In this document: positions 52,390 to 64,000 of the stretch, in pieces
How positions within the stretch are numbered: the first letter of the stretch is position 1
How the letters are laid out: each line of letters starts with the position of its first letter
Source: Nitrospirales bacterium
Lineage (GTDB): Bacteria; Nitrospirota; Nitrospiria; Nitrospirales; UBA8639
Length of the DNA: 64,000 nt
Assembly: GCA_965203295.1 (NCBI GenBank)
Contig: CBDBCZ010000014.1
Coordinates: 768,001 to 832,000, forward strand
Reading direction: 5' to 3'
Made by a program: the position numbers and the translations under genes
The notes under the pieces: model-generated
What the model saw: the letters and a program-made list of their open reading frames with translations, nothing else
What the model was told of the DNA's origin: nothing
Databases searched by the model: none

Positions 52390-54154
52390 TTAATAGCGGT
52401 TGCACTCACCGTACGTTATACTTCTCAAGTGGGTATCCAACTGAATGAACGCCGCTGGAATGTCACTGCAACTATGAATTTGTGTAGTGGTTCATGCGCT
52501 CCTGATATTATGTGGCATCATTGACATAACACAATCTAGTGAACAAATTGATCTTGGAGACCAAAATTTTCGGAATATTGGTCTGGGCAGACCATTTCTT
52601 CCTGAAACTTTTGATCTCCCCACGAAAATAATAATCCGACCATGTTGGAACTGTTCCACGAGCGAATTCCACCTGCTACTGTCTTCCGCACTAGACTACT
52701 ACAATGTGGTGGATAGCTACAATAGCCTGCATTGTAATAGCGAATGTATTGGCATGTTTTGTTGTCTTGGGCGACAGCTAATGCCAGAAGCCTCAAATTC
52801 ACTATCACCAGTACCATCGAGAAAGATTCCTGCATCGATGTACCTCATACAGCATTATTTAGCAACACTAGATGGCACTGTAGCAGATGTGAGAAGTAGT
52901 ATATTTGCAGATATTCAGTTAAATTGCTTAATAATAACTATGCCATAGTACATCCAAAGGGGGACCAACATTTTCAAGGTAGGACGTGTAGGACCTACTG
53001 TGCTGAAAGATTCAAAATTGGCAACTCTGCTGGAAGATGTAGCTGGGGGGGGGGGGGGGGGGGGGGGTCAGTTTTCCAATAGAAATTTTGGTCCTTTGAC
53101 CATTTCTTCCAGGACCAAGATTCCAGACACATCTGGATTTCAGTTGGAACTTAGCAGCTTTAAATTTGTTTCTACAGGTATTATAATAATGTGTATTTAA
53201 AGTGTGTGCAACTTGCTGTGTGGGTATAGATTTCTTAAACGTACAGCTTTACTTGCATCGTCAGAATGTTTAAGCGTCAGTCATATCATAGCCATGCAGC
53301 TTTTCTGTGATGAGTTGCCTCCTTTCAAACAATGTTCACAGCAGGCAAGTACTGAATAACTGTAAATGTGATTCTGCTATTGCAGGTCAATGTAACTTCA
53401 TTGATGTTTTTCAACTACCATGACCACAAATGAAGATAAGGTGCCTCACAGCAGCAGTGCTCCACCCTCAGCTCCAGAAGCAGTATCCCTACGACACAGG
53501 TGTCAATTTTTTTAGTTTTGTTCAATACTATTTGCATGTATGCACAGTAGGTATTACATGTACATCGCAAACTCTTCAGCTTTCAGCTGAGCTACTTGCT
53601 ATGTACATGTACAAGTAGATGTAGCTGTAGACATGTCCATGTTCATGTCAATTCTATACTGGAGGATGAATTGTAATTGCAAAAGGTTGTCACAGAAACG
53701 TGTATGTAGCGTGTAAACACCGTGCAAATCAGACAACCTGTAAAAAATATGGACAGAATCTCCAAATTATGTGCAACTGCTAGCAACATTACAATATTGC
53801 CAGAGTAGTGACTCTTGAGTGGTCAGCTAGCATAGAGTGATAAGTGTGGCTAGGCCTTAGTGTGAGATCATTATGGAGTATGTTGCAGAGCAGACCTGCA
53901 CATCTGAACACTTGATTAGACCTCATCAGTTATCACCGACTTTGAGTTTACTTTACTTTAGCTGTCTATAGCACAACTACTGCTAACACATACCAGTGAC
54001 TACCACCTATTAACAAAATCTATCTTAGTCACAGTCTGTTACACATGCATGCGTATCGGCAACTGCCGTCAGCCAGTGATGTGTATTTTTTGGATGCAGC
54101 TGATAGCAGAGAAGCAGCCTCAAGCAACGTTTTCCTTTCTTCTTTTTCATTTAG

Positions 54155-55615
54155 CCCATTTTAATACATGATGAGACAACTGTATCAGATCCCAGTTCTC
54201 CACACCAAGGAAGGAATACTCACGGTAGGTTTGATTTGTTGTAAAGTAAGTCTGCACTATTGGTTTTATTTGAGTTGGACATTCAATACCATTATTTTTA
54301 CAGTACTTCTGAAATTTTTATGATAATATATGTAATTATTATTTCAGTACATCTGGAATTTCTGTGGGCCATATGAGTATTATGTTTCCAAAATCTGGTC
54401 ATACATGTGCAGGAGGGTTGAGCCCCCCACACACACCACACACACACAAAAGCAACCTGGATTGATGTTAAAATTTCCTTCACACCAGTTGGTACCCATC
54501 TAGTGTCTAGTGCAACGTAGCCTTGTTTCCACACACGCACACACACACACTTTTAGTAGCTGTACCCACCCCTGATGTGACACTCGTTAATTGCATTCAC
54601 CCAATGTACCATAAGCCTGCTATAGTTACTACTGTATATGTGTGTACATATTGTTGTTCTTGGTCCTGTTTTAGGACTGGATGCTGTGGAACAAAGAGCA
54701 AGAGCAGGAGAGGATTCTGAAAGCAACTCTTTGCTACGTATACATGATGCCCTTATTGAGAAGGTATAGTTTTACTCATGGAATCTCATTCTAGCTACAT
54801 CCCTCTCCTACATGCATGCCAAAATAGATAGCACAGGTTAGTTGCTCTTGGTGTCGTAGAACACATTATTGTGATGCACATTTTGTACTAAGTGGTTTAT
54901 TTTCCTTGCTGGAAATTTGCTGTATACACTCGAAAAGATGGTTAGTCTGAGTGGGCCATCAGCCTGTTCTGATCATTGGCCCTTACTTACATACACATGT
55001 ACATGTATGTACACAGCTGACTATGTACATACATGTATCTGCTTTTCAAGGTTTGTGTACTGGATTCTGAAATTACCTGTTACGTACATATTTAGATTAC
55101 ATGCCACGTTTTACAGGATTATCAAGTGCAGTGTCTAACTGACAGAGTCTGTAGACTGGCTCCGTTTGAGTCTGAGAGCCAAAGAAAGGATGCTGTTATA
55201 GCTGAACTAAGGAAAGAACTGGCTGCTTACAAGAAGAACCCAATGGCTAAAGATCTGGGGTATGTAAATTATGTGGAAAGCAAGGCAGAAATATTAAAGA
55301 GACTGCATATAGCTCTGAACTATCCCAACTCTGTAAAAGCTGCGCATGGGCATCATGCATATAAAACACACACACACATTTTCCATTTTAGCTTGTAATA
55401 GGCTTTACTAGTTTTGGATTACTCTCTGCTGCATACTAATCATTGCATGTTTAACTGCTCATGTTATATGTAGTTGTGGTGCTTTCACAGTTAGTTTCAA
55501 AGTAATGTATACAATGTTTTACATACATAGGTATGTTACTATGGAGGAGCACCTGGAATCATGTGAAAGTCGTTTGCAAGAAAGGATATCTGAAGTAGAA
55601 ATGCTAAAGAAACAG
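54155..55615 (+). CDS. four in-phase exons of a coiled-coil protein, FHAD1-like (partial gene)
   Basis: 54155-54224, 54675-54763, 55117-55259 and 55531-55615 splice in frame; ALIEKDYQVQCLTDRVCRLAPFESESQRKDAVIAELRKELA recalls the FHAD1 coiled coil (from memory, unverified). Confidence 0.6.
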
Positions 55616-58387
55616 GTCTGTATCACTTCAAACTGCCAATATAAACCTGTCTATACTTTGTATGTACGTATCTTCGTACGTACATGTATGTGTGTTTATT
55701 ACACATTTGGTAACAGCATGGGCAGGTGCATGTTGGAACTTACTTGCATATCCACATTCTTCTCTTGTAGGACAAGATGGGAGTGATTGATCCTATTTTT
55801 GCACCGAGAAAGGCCAGAAGGAGAGATATAGCGTGCACTGGTCCATGATCAGAATGTATGCATGCTGGGACCAAGCAGAGCTGAGTGATGAACATATGTA
55901 CATAAGTAACATCTGTTTTTTTTCTTCACTAATGTCACTTTCCGTTCACTAATTGTTGGATTGTCCTGATTTTCAACTAGAATGCACTGGATGATGTACT
56001 TTGATGTCATCTCAAGTTTGGTTACAACCGCTTGATAAATACTGGAGATAATTATAAACCATGCAGTGAACTGTGCCCAATTGCCGTAGACAATGTATTA
56101 GGGGGAGCAATGTTTGGCACCCCTACTACAGTGTCTGTAGAAAGTGGACAGAATTCACTAGTGCATAACTTTGGAACATAACAATTACAGTGCAATCAAA
56201 CTTGAGATAACAACTCAGTATACTAGCTTTCTAATACCATATTGTATGGTCATTTGTCTGCCGTGTTTGAATCAAATCATTATTCATTAATTTCCCTTCA
56301 TTCAGTGCTGACTGGTAGATGTTACAGATTTCAGTTTTCACGGAATGCTATACAGTTATTCATATCACCTTCCTCCCCTTTTTTCACTACATGGCTAACC
56401 CAGACTGGAATAAGAAAAACCCTGAGAACCAGGCAATTAAGCACTGCTACATATACTGATTATAGTCTTGTAACTGTGTGTAAATATAGGAAATTTAATT
56501 AGCTAAGAGTATTTCTCAATAAGGTAATTTATGAATACCACAATGGTCTGCCAAACTAATGTACCCAAGTACCATTAATCAGCATTGTGCTGTATCTATG
56601 CCCTTGCTTGGCCTGTTACCCTGTGTGATCTGTGTATACTGTAGTGATAACATGCTGCCAATGGCGCATGCACTGAATGCCTTAGGCTGTATTTTGTCTC
56701 AATTAATTGCCAGACAAAATGAGTGAATTGCATTTCCAAGGGGAAAGATTGTCAGTGAAGCGAGCAATAAGTGAACCAAGAAATCAGCAAATAGAGAAGC
56801 AAGTGAAGCCTTAGACTGAGTGTGTATGGAGTACCACATGTGCTAGGCTATTTTGTTTATTCATGCAGTGATATTAATTTTGCATAGCTGATGACATAGT
56901 ATCCAGACACACATAATATAAGAACTATAGCACAGTACAGTCACAGATACAATAATTATATAACTTAAAACTGCTATAGCTGTTTCGAAACTCAAAAGTG
57001 AAAATTGGTGACTATGAAGTGCAAGGTTTCCTAATCAGTGCTGCTTCACTTCCCACTCACTGTCTAGTAGTAATGTAGGATATCTCTCAGCATCCAAATT
57101 ATTGACTTTATACGTTTGCATCTATCCCTCCTGCCTTTCAAAGATTCTAACCCCATATCCCCCTACTGCTTCATTGCACGTTTTAGAAGAGCAGCCAAGT
57201 ATTTTCTAGCTGCTCCTAGCTGAGTAGATTCCAAGGAAGCTGTCTGCCTTTTATTACAAGCCCACACTATTCTAAGTAGGACTAAGTACCGAAACTAGCA
57301 ATAACCTTCTTGCAACTGTACTAATATTTCTATGACTTAAAAACCTACGTACTTGATTCAATTTTCTCTCCTATATTCATTGTATCTACCTGCACACTAC
57401 CTGAGACCAGCAACAAGCTGTAATCTGCAACTATATAATTAATGACAGAATTCTGCTTCATACAAGGCTATACGTACATACCTTACTGAATGTCAGCACG
57501 TGTTCTTCTTGCTGCAGTATGGTTGAGAGAGTATGGCCTACTCTGCACCCCAGTGGTCACGCTTGGTGACTGTAGTAGGCCTATAGAATTGATTGTTGTC
57601 ATATTTTCAATGTCAGCTATTCAGTCCTGACTTCTAAAATTAGGGTATATAACCAAGGAGAGTAGCCAACATCAAGTGTGCATGCTGCTGGCTGCTATAG
57701 CTAAGTGCTGGTGGCTACTTGATATGTATTCATAAACTAGATACTTTGAGTGGAATCTATTATCTACAGCTAATAGTTTGAGATGACATAATCACTGTAG
57801 CCTTAAGCACTAGACTCTGGGAGAATAGCGGTTTGTGCGGATTTCAGACAAGTGCAAGAAAGAGTGGGAATTGTTCACAGGAATATACGAGCGGGTTGCA
57901 CACACTCTCAATAAATGAAAGAGTGACTATTAGTGCTATTGCTATAGCCTGCCAGACACCATTACAGCACATATGTTGCAGGGTTTCATACACAAAGTAA
58001 AAGTTCCCACAAAATGGTGAAGGCGAGTCTAATTTTTTTTTTTCACCTCGGGAGCATTATTTCTTACTTCAAGTAGAACAGCAGATCTTGGCAATAAAGT
58101 TGCAAACATTCTCCCAAACATTAATTGTTGCCTGAGCCTTTGGTTATTGGTTGTCCTAAAAAAGGGGCAGTATTATTTATACCTCACACCATGAAACTTG
58201 GATAAATGTGTTGGAAACAAGAATACTCGTCAAGGGGTAGTTCCCAAGCATCTACCCTCAAGATATTGGTGTCAGCTTTAGCTATAAATTATCGGAGAGT
58301 TATTTCTCAGACCGAGTTGATGTACCCCAGAATATACTTCAGACACTGAAGTAGTATGTAAGAATATTAGCTAAAGAAATACTTTAC

Positions 58388-59179
58388 CTTGAAATAGAGA
58401 AGGATAGTTCAACAAAAGTCATGCCACTCTCGCTAGCTGTCCTCTTTAGTGGTTTCCTGCTAGAGTTTAGGCTCTCCTGACGACTGCAGAGCACCAATGA
58501 AAACATTATTGATGAACTTCCCATACAATCAACGGTAGATGTATTATAAATGCGTTACTCTGTAAACATGTACACCATATTTCGTTACCTTACAACATTG
58601 CATTTTCTGCATGGAATGCCATGACGGTAGACACTATCAACCAGTTGAGTGCACAGCATGCCCACACAGGCTCTCTGATCTTGGTCACTAGCTATATGCA
58701 CGTGCTTGCTAACCAAAAAACTATACATGAAGATAAGAGTTTTGAATGCTACCTACAGGTTCGTAGTTACTGTAGAAGGCAGACATTAGACTGAACTTAT
58801 TACTATAGCAGAAGTCTGATTAATTAGTCCTGAGGTGGCAGCTGTTCATGCACTCATGTACAAAGGAAGGTCTCCAGTGGTTACTTTGCTGTCACAGACT
58901 TGGTAGCTATTGCTATTTATCGTGATTCAAGTACACATCATAGCAACGTTGCAGGGAATGCAGTTTTGTTGGTGATTCAATTTCAAACCAGAAGGCTTGT
59001 TATAGCCTTCTGGTTGATTAAGGAATTAATCATCCAAACACTCCTCTACGTATGGACATTTGGGTGAGAGATTTGCCTATCTACGGTTTGGAGATGCTCA
59101 CACAATCTGGTGGTAATGTTTGGTAGCAGTTCCAAATGTTGCACCATACGTATCCTTAATAGGACAGTATCCACCATAC
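58388..59179 (-). pseudogene. FAM166/CIMIP2-like exons (59179-59102 and 58483-58388)
   Basis: Phase-2 splice gives YGGYCPIKDTYGATFGTATKHYHQIVRQESLNSSRKP, a GYxGYxP..YGxTFG-type motif; the first exon is duplicated on the plus strand at 60389-60466. Confidence 0.55.
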
Positions 59180-60820
59180 CTACAGAAGAAAAAAAAAGGG
59201 CAAGACTCACATGTACCAATCACGAGAGCAATTTAGGAATGGGGGCGGGGCTCAAGGAGCTACAGGTAAGCTTACGTACGCACGATCTAGCTAGGAGCGA
59301 GCGCACGCGACGAGGAACGGTTGATTGGACGTGTTGCCAAACGTTACAGGGTCTTCAGTAGGTTGCTCTGACAGTCATATCCCAGGGTAAGTGGAAAAGA
59401 TACTGCCGCTCATATGCCTGAGGCAAAAGTAGCTTAAATTATGGGTGAGAGTATCCGACTGCTATATTTCTGGGTCAGGTCGTTTTCTCGTTACCAGCGC
59501 AAAACTAAGGCTAACACCGCTTTAGTATCCTTCGCCTTGATTGTGAGCTGGGAACGAGACTAGTCCAATCCTTAGTCTGGGTGGTGGGGATGGTCTGATC
59601 CAAGCCTGGGCTGGCTGCATGACTTGACTCTTCAAACTATTGGTAAGGTTGCTGTCTGATTTCCAGCGTAATTTCATGCAAGATGGGGACAGATACACAA
59701 ACCTTAGCTGCTCTACTAAGTAGCTGAATGCTGCTTTTTGGGCCACACTAGCGTCTGTAGCTACATCAGCTAACGTTCCACTGTTCCATTATCAAGTATA
59801 TATAAGCTTTAATATTTAGACTCGAACATCAAGTTGAAGAGCGCTCTAATGGATAGTGTGCTAGATATAATCCTGAGATGGAACCCACACAGTGCCAGGA
59901 TTGATCTTTCCCTGCATTGCTTAATATTTTGTCATTTGTGCGATCTATCAACTGTACTGTGCATTGCCTTTTATGAATTCATGAGCTCTGTTTAGGCATT
60001 TCAGGATTCCGTTTAAAAAGAACTCGATATACATGGATGTGTAAACGCACTAATTCAATTCAGAAACTAAACCTCATCAGCAACATGAGGTGGGTTACCA
60101 GGTATGCTCATAAGCCAGTTTCCAAAATCAGCACATTAACTCCTATAAGATTTATTGTACCCTGAATCTTGAACCATATGCCTGTATTTTAGAGGTTTGG
60201 GTTTATTTGGGATTAGTGCCACACACAGATTTGTTAAATGTACAATACAGTTTATCAGTTAGTACCAATTCACAGACTGAGGTGGTAGTTTCCAGTTCAC
60301 AAGAAAATGCTTCAGCCATTAGTTTTGAATTCATTGGCCGGGGAGAGCCTTGGAATAAGGCAAATTTCCTTTTTTTCTTCTTCTGTAGGTATGGTGGATA
60401 CTGTCCTATTAAGGATACGTATGGTGCAACATTTGAAACTGCTACCAAACATTACCACCAGATTGTGTGAGCATCTCTAAACCGTAGATAGGCAAATCTC
60501 TCACCCAAATGTCCATACGTAGAGGAGTGTTTGGATGATTAATTCCTTAATCAACCAGAAGGCTATAACAAGCCTTCTGATTTGAAATTGAATCACCAAC
60601 AAAACTGCATTCCCTGCAATGTTGCTATGATGTGTACTTGAATCACGATAAATAGCAATAGCTACCAAGTCTGTGACAGCAAAGTAACCACTGGAGACCT
60701 TCCTTTGTACATGAGTGCTCAGGACTAATTAATCAGACTTCTGCTATAGTAATAAGTTCAGTCTAATGTCTGCCTTCTACAGTAACTACGAACCTGTAGG
60801 TAGCATTCAAAACTCCTATC
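58735..60820. repeat. inverted duplication, arms 58735-59199 / 60369-60820
   Basis: Near-identical reverse-complement match of about 460 bp. Confidence 0.95.
59210..59392 (+). promoter_or_regulatory. promoter and first exon in the spacer of the inverted duplication
   Basis: CCAATCA, GGGGCGGGG, TGATTGG and a CAGG|GTAAGT donor near 59386. Confidence 0.55.
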
Positions 60821-62014
60821 CTAGTGGACTAGTTGCATAGTAGCAGACCAGGGTGTGCCATACGTTGTATTGCACACATGACGAAATGCACGCACACAAA
60901 CAAAACGTGGTCAATGTCGTAGGACCTGCCGTTCACACATTTTACAATCAGTTGGCAATTCCCTTCGCACAACTCATTAGGCAAAATGTTCAGGCCTTTT
61001 ACCTACCTAACTCTTGACTATAAGGCATACAGAGTTATAGGAAGTTAATGTTAATTGCCTTTCTTTTCTTCATTTAGTTGGAACTGGAGGTACAGATGGC
61101 AACTGTAAGTATTGCAGTGGTGTGCTCATGGTAAATGTATGGTATGGGTGGGTAGGAGTACCTTCATGTGAAGAGTTAGAGTGAGAAATGTAATATAACT
61201 GACTTCGGCTGATCCTGGATCCCGAAACTTTAGAAACAATGCTCAGCATTCCGTTATTGCATGCCCCAAGTAACACCCTTAGCCAGTTATTTGAAAACTT
61301 TGCATATAAAGTTTGTGACCTGACAATAGCTGATCGTGTCTTCCTTCCACTGGCTGCTAGTTTTAGTCATGGTGGCATTAGTGACTTGTCACTGGCCTTG
61401 TTGGGATTACTGATTATTTAGGGCATAGTATCGCTTTGCTACACAGCCATAACCTACTGTTTCAAGGCTCTCCTGACTATCCTTGTTCCCAGTCCTGCCA
61501 ATCCCAGCTTTTATCTTGAGGCTGGGGTGGATAGGAATGAGAACAAGGCTAGTCCTGACTGTGTGCTCATAATATCTCCTGTGGGAAAAAAAATTGATTT
61601 TTCGCATGAGAGCTTCCCATTCCTACTCCCTTCTACCTCTCTATGTCATTGTGCACACCTGCTGTGATGCAGTACCCAGCGCAGTCTCACAGAAATCATT
61701 GCAGCATGTATGAGGATCATACCTGTCCTATTCTCATACAGTCAGTGGCATGATAGCCGGCTGTGCCTCCATCTTTAGCACAACTCTTAGCGGACTAACA
61801 CAAATGTATTTGCTCAATTCTCCGGTAATATTCACTGCTGTAAGAGCTGTCTGGTACAGCAAACAACTTTGCTTCTTTAATGGACTCAGGTATATGCATT
61901 TCTGAAATAGTAACAGGAAGTTTAATCTTTCATGTGGGAGCTTCCTACTCTTAATACCTTCCACCTCCCTACATTATATTGCTGTTCTGAACTTTGTTTT
62001 GCCTTTACCCTCAG

Positions 62015-62238
62015 CTCAGCGTGGTTCTGATGACAGTACAACTGTGGTAGCAGTGGTTGTGCCATTGTCTATCATCCTTGTTGCCCTCTTGGTTGTCGCA
62101 GTCTTCGGAGTAGTGTTCGTTGCTGTCAAACATGGTGGCACAAAGTCCTCAGTGTATGAGGAATTGCAAGAAAAGAGAGCTCATCCAGAAAGTATAATTG
62201 AAGATTATTGCCTCCCAGAAAATGAACCATCAATGGAG
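62015..62238 (+). CDS. transmembrane and cytoplasmic-tail exon of a type I receptor
   Basis: CCCTCAG acceptor and GAG|GTACAT donor; VVAVVVPLSIILVALLVVAVFGVVFVAV followed by KHGG..SVYEEL; possible upstream micro-exon at 61078-61104. Confidence 0.75.
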
Positions 62239-63201
62239 GTACATGTATAAGTTTAGCATGCACATTTTTGCTGTTTTCACTCACACCTTAACAGTCACCA
62301 CTACGTCTTGATATCAAATATGTGACTATTTTTGGTATGCCTGCTGGTAATATTAAATCAGTTTTCAATTTTCAAGTGGGTGAGACTTCCAGTATGGAAT
62401 ATGACTTGTCATTCTGTTAATTGTGATGAACCTCACACAAGTATCATCAATGAGATAGCACAGGCTATAGAGGAAAGCCAATAAAGTCCAAGTACTAATA
62501 CACAAGTTAGGCATAATAAAGAGCAAAACCTACAAGTAGTTGTGCTCTCTTCTCTTGCACAACTACCTGGGCTACATGTAGTTGAACTTGCTCGCTTCGC
62601 TTGCTCTATACAGATAGAAATGAAGTGCAGTAGAAATGGAGTTTGTGGTCGGCAAGGCCTACTCTGAATATTCTGTTCAAAACTCACTGAAAATTGCCCT
62701 ATTACTACTGCATTATTCTTGATGCTTCTTCGTGCCTATTGTTATAGATGGATAGATAGATAGATATCCAGGAATGTCCCATCAGCTTAAGCTGGTCTGC
62801 GTGGGCGTCCTGAACAAACAGTAACTATAATACATCAACAAACACATCAACGTAAATCACAAGACTGAGTAGGGAGTTCATCCGATGCCATTCTGACCCT
62901 GGTTCTAGACCGGGAGGGTATTGGTGACCACAATAATCTTGGCCTAAGCCTATAGTGGAACTCTATAATAAGCAGTCACCCTTCAACCATGGCTGTGATA
63001 GAAGAGGTGGTTGTGTTTACTGTATTATGAGGTCCATTGTGCATTACCAATATGTAGGTTGGGCCACATAATATTCCAGTGGCCATTATTGGGAGGTGGC
63101 TGCCACATAGAGTGAACCTATTACAAACACAATGGAACATACAATGAATTAATTTAAGTACGCACACTCACGTAGTATCAGAATGTCTAGATGTACATGT
63201 A

Positions 63202-63822
63202 TTAAACAGGCAGATGAAGTGATCGATATGTAGTGCAGTCATTCTGACTTTGGAACACAAAAAAGTAATTCAGTTCTGCCAAAAGTTTCTTACATTCTGC
63301 GATATAGTTCTCCGGCTGTGAGAGGGCAACAGCTCTCAGCTGGATCCTGTGAAGGGCCAGGATGTGGTACTCCACAGTAGCCCCAAGCCTGACCATGTGC
63401 GACTTCTGCCCTGCATGGGGAAACCAAAAGAAATTTGCAGCTGTTCTTGATCTCCATTCATTCAGAGCCTCTTAGCCCAGAATCAAAGGTCAAAACTGCC
63501 GTACACTGGCTTGGTGTACAACAGGCAGTCCCAGCGGATGTGGTGGACTATTGTGAAATAATTTAACATGATTGAACACGTCTATAAATAGGAGGAGGGT
63601 CTATGCTCACCTACACCTCTGGTTGGGATGGGATCGGCGTTTGCAGCTAAATAGACACGGGACTTGCTCTCATCATGAACCTCAGATCAAGTGGACACTT
63701 GTACTCTCTGAAACAGACTGTCCACTTTTCGCAGAAACCTATCTCCCTGCTCAGGAGATTGGCGGGTTCCTCCTGGGTGTGATGAGCTTATGAATGAATG
63801 GTTTCCAGCTGTGAGTGGACTT
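63202..63822 (-). pseudogene. two probable terminal exons of an unidentified gene
   Basis: TTTCCCCATGCAG acceptor near 63412 followed by an open frame to a stop at 63202; the upstream exon has a GTGAGC donor near 63610 and an in-frame TGA. Confidence 0.35.
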
Positions 63823-64000
63823 CTGCAGCAGATATAATTGAGGACAAATACAACTGAGTGTAATCATGAACAGGGTTCTACTATTACAGCCACAAAAGAA
63901 TATAATTATAGCAGCAAGGAGGGAATTTTGAAAAGAGAAAGAACTGTGAGATTAAGGGAACATGGAATGAGTAAGGTTGCAGTTTTTGAAGGTGAGAGTT

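Noticed and set aside
52487..53130. 153-aa ORF
   Set aside because: Lies in a degenerate GGACCAAAATTTTC-type repeat; no motif.

Overview
Intron-rich animal genomic DNA, most likely from a demosponge (inferred from cbEGF+SRCR exons, small GT-AG introns and the TAGCCTCGTTCCCAG hairpin repeats). The window is a heavily rearranged, TE-rich region. It has one clearly intact gene, a 41-aa beta-thymosin on a compact divergent promoter, which the ORF track misses. It also holds several broken gene copies: the 3' half of DIS3L2, cbEGF/SRCR exons, a two-Ig gene end, FHAD1-like and FAM166/CIMIP2-like exons, and membrane-protein exons. There are two multi-kb direct duplications, several inverted duplications, and many MITEs, LINE and SINE relics. 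The main finding is a pogo-superfamily DD35D transposon (32162-~34415) carrying an intact HIRAN-domain cargo ORF convergent on a dead transposase. A second element with different TIRs (39323-39895) is an internal-deletion relic that keeps the HIRAN start and the transposase start in the same convergent layout. Together they suggest a conserved two-gene transposase+HIRAN element class. All homology calls come from motifs recognised by eye; no searches were run.
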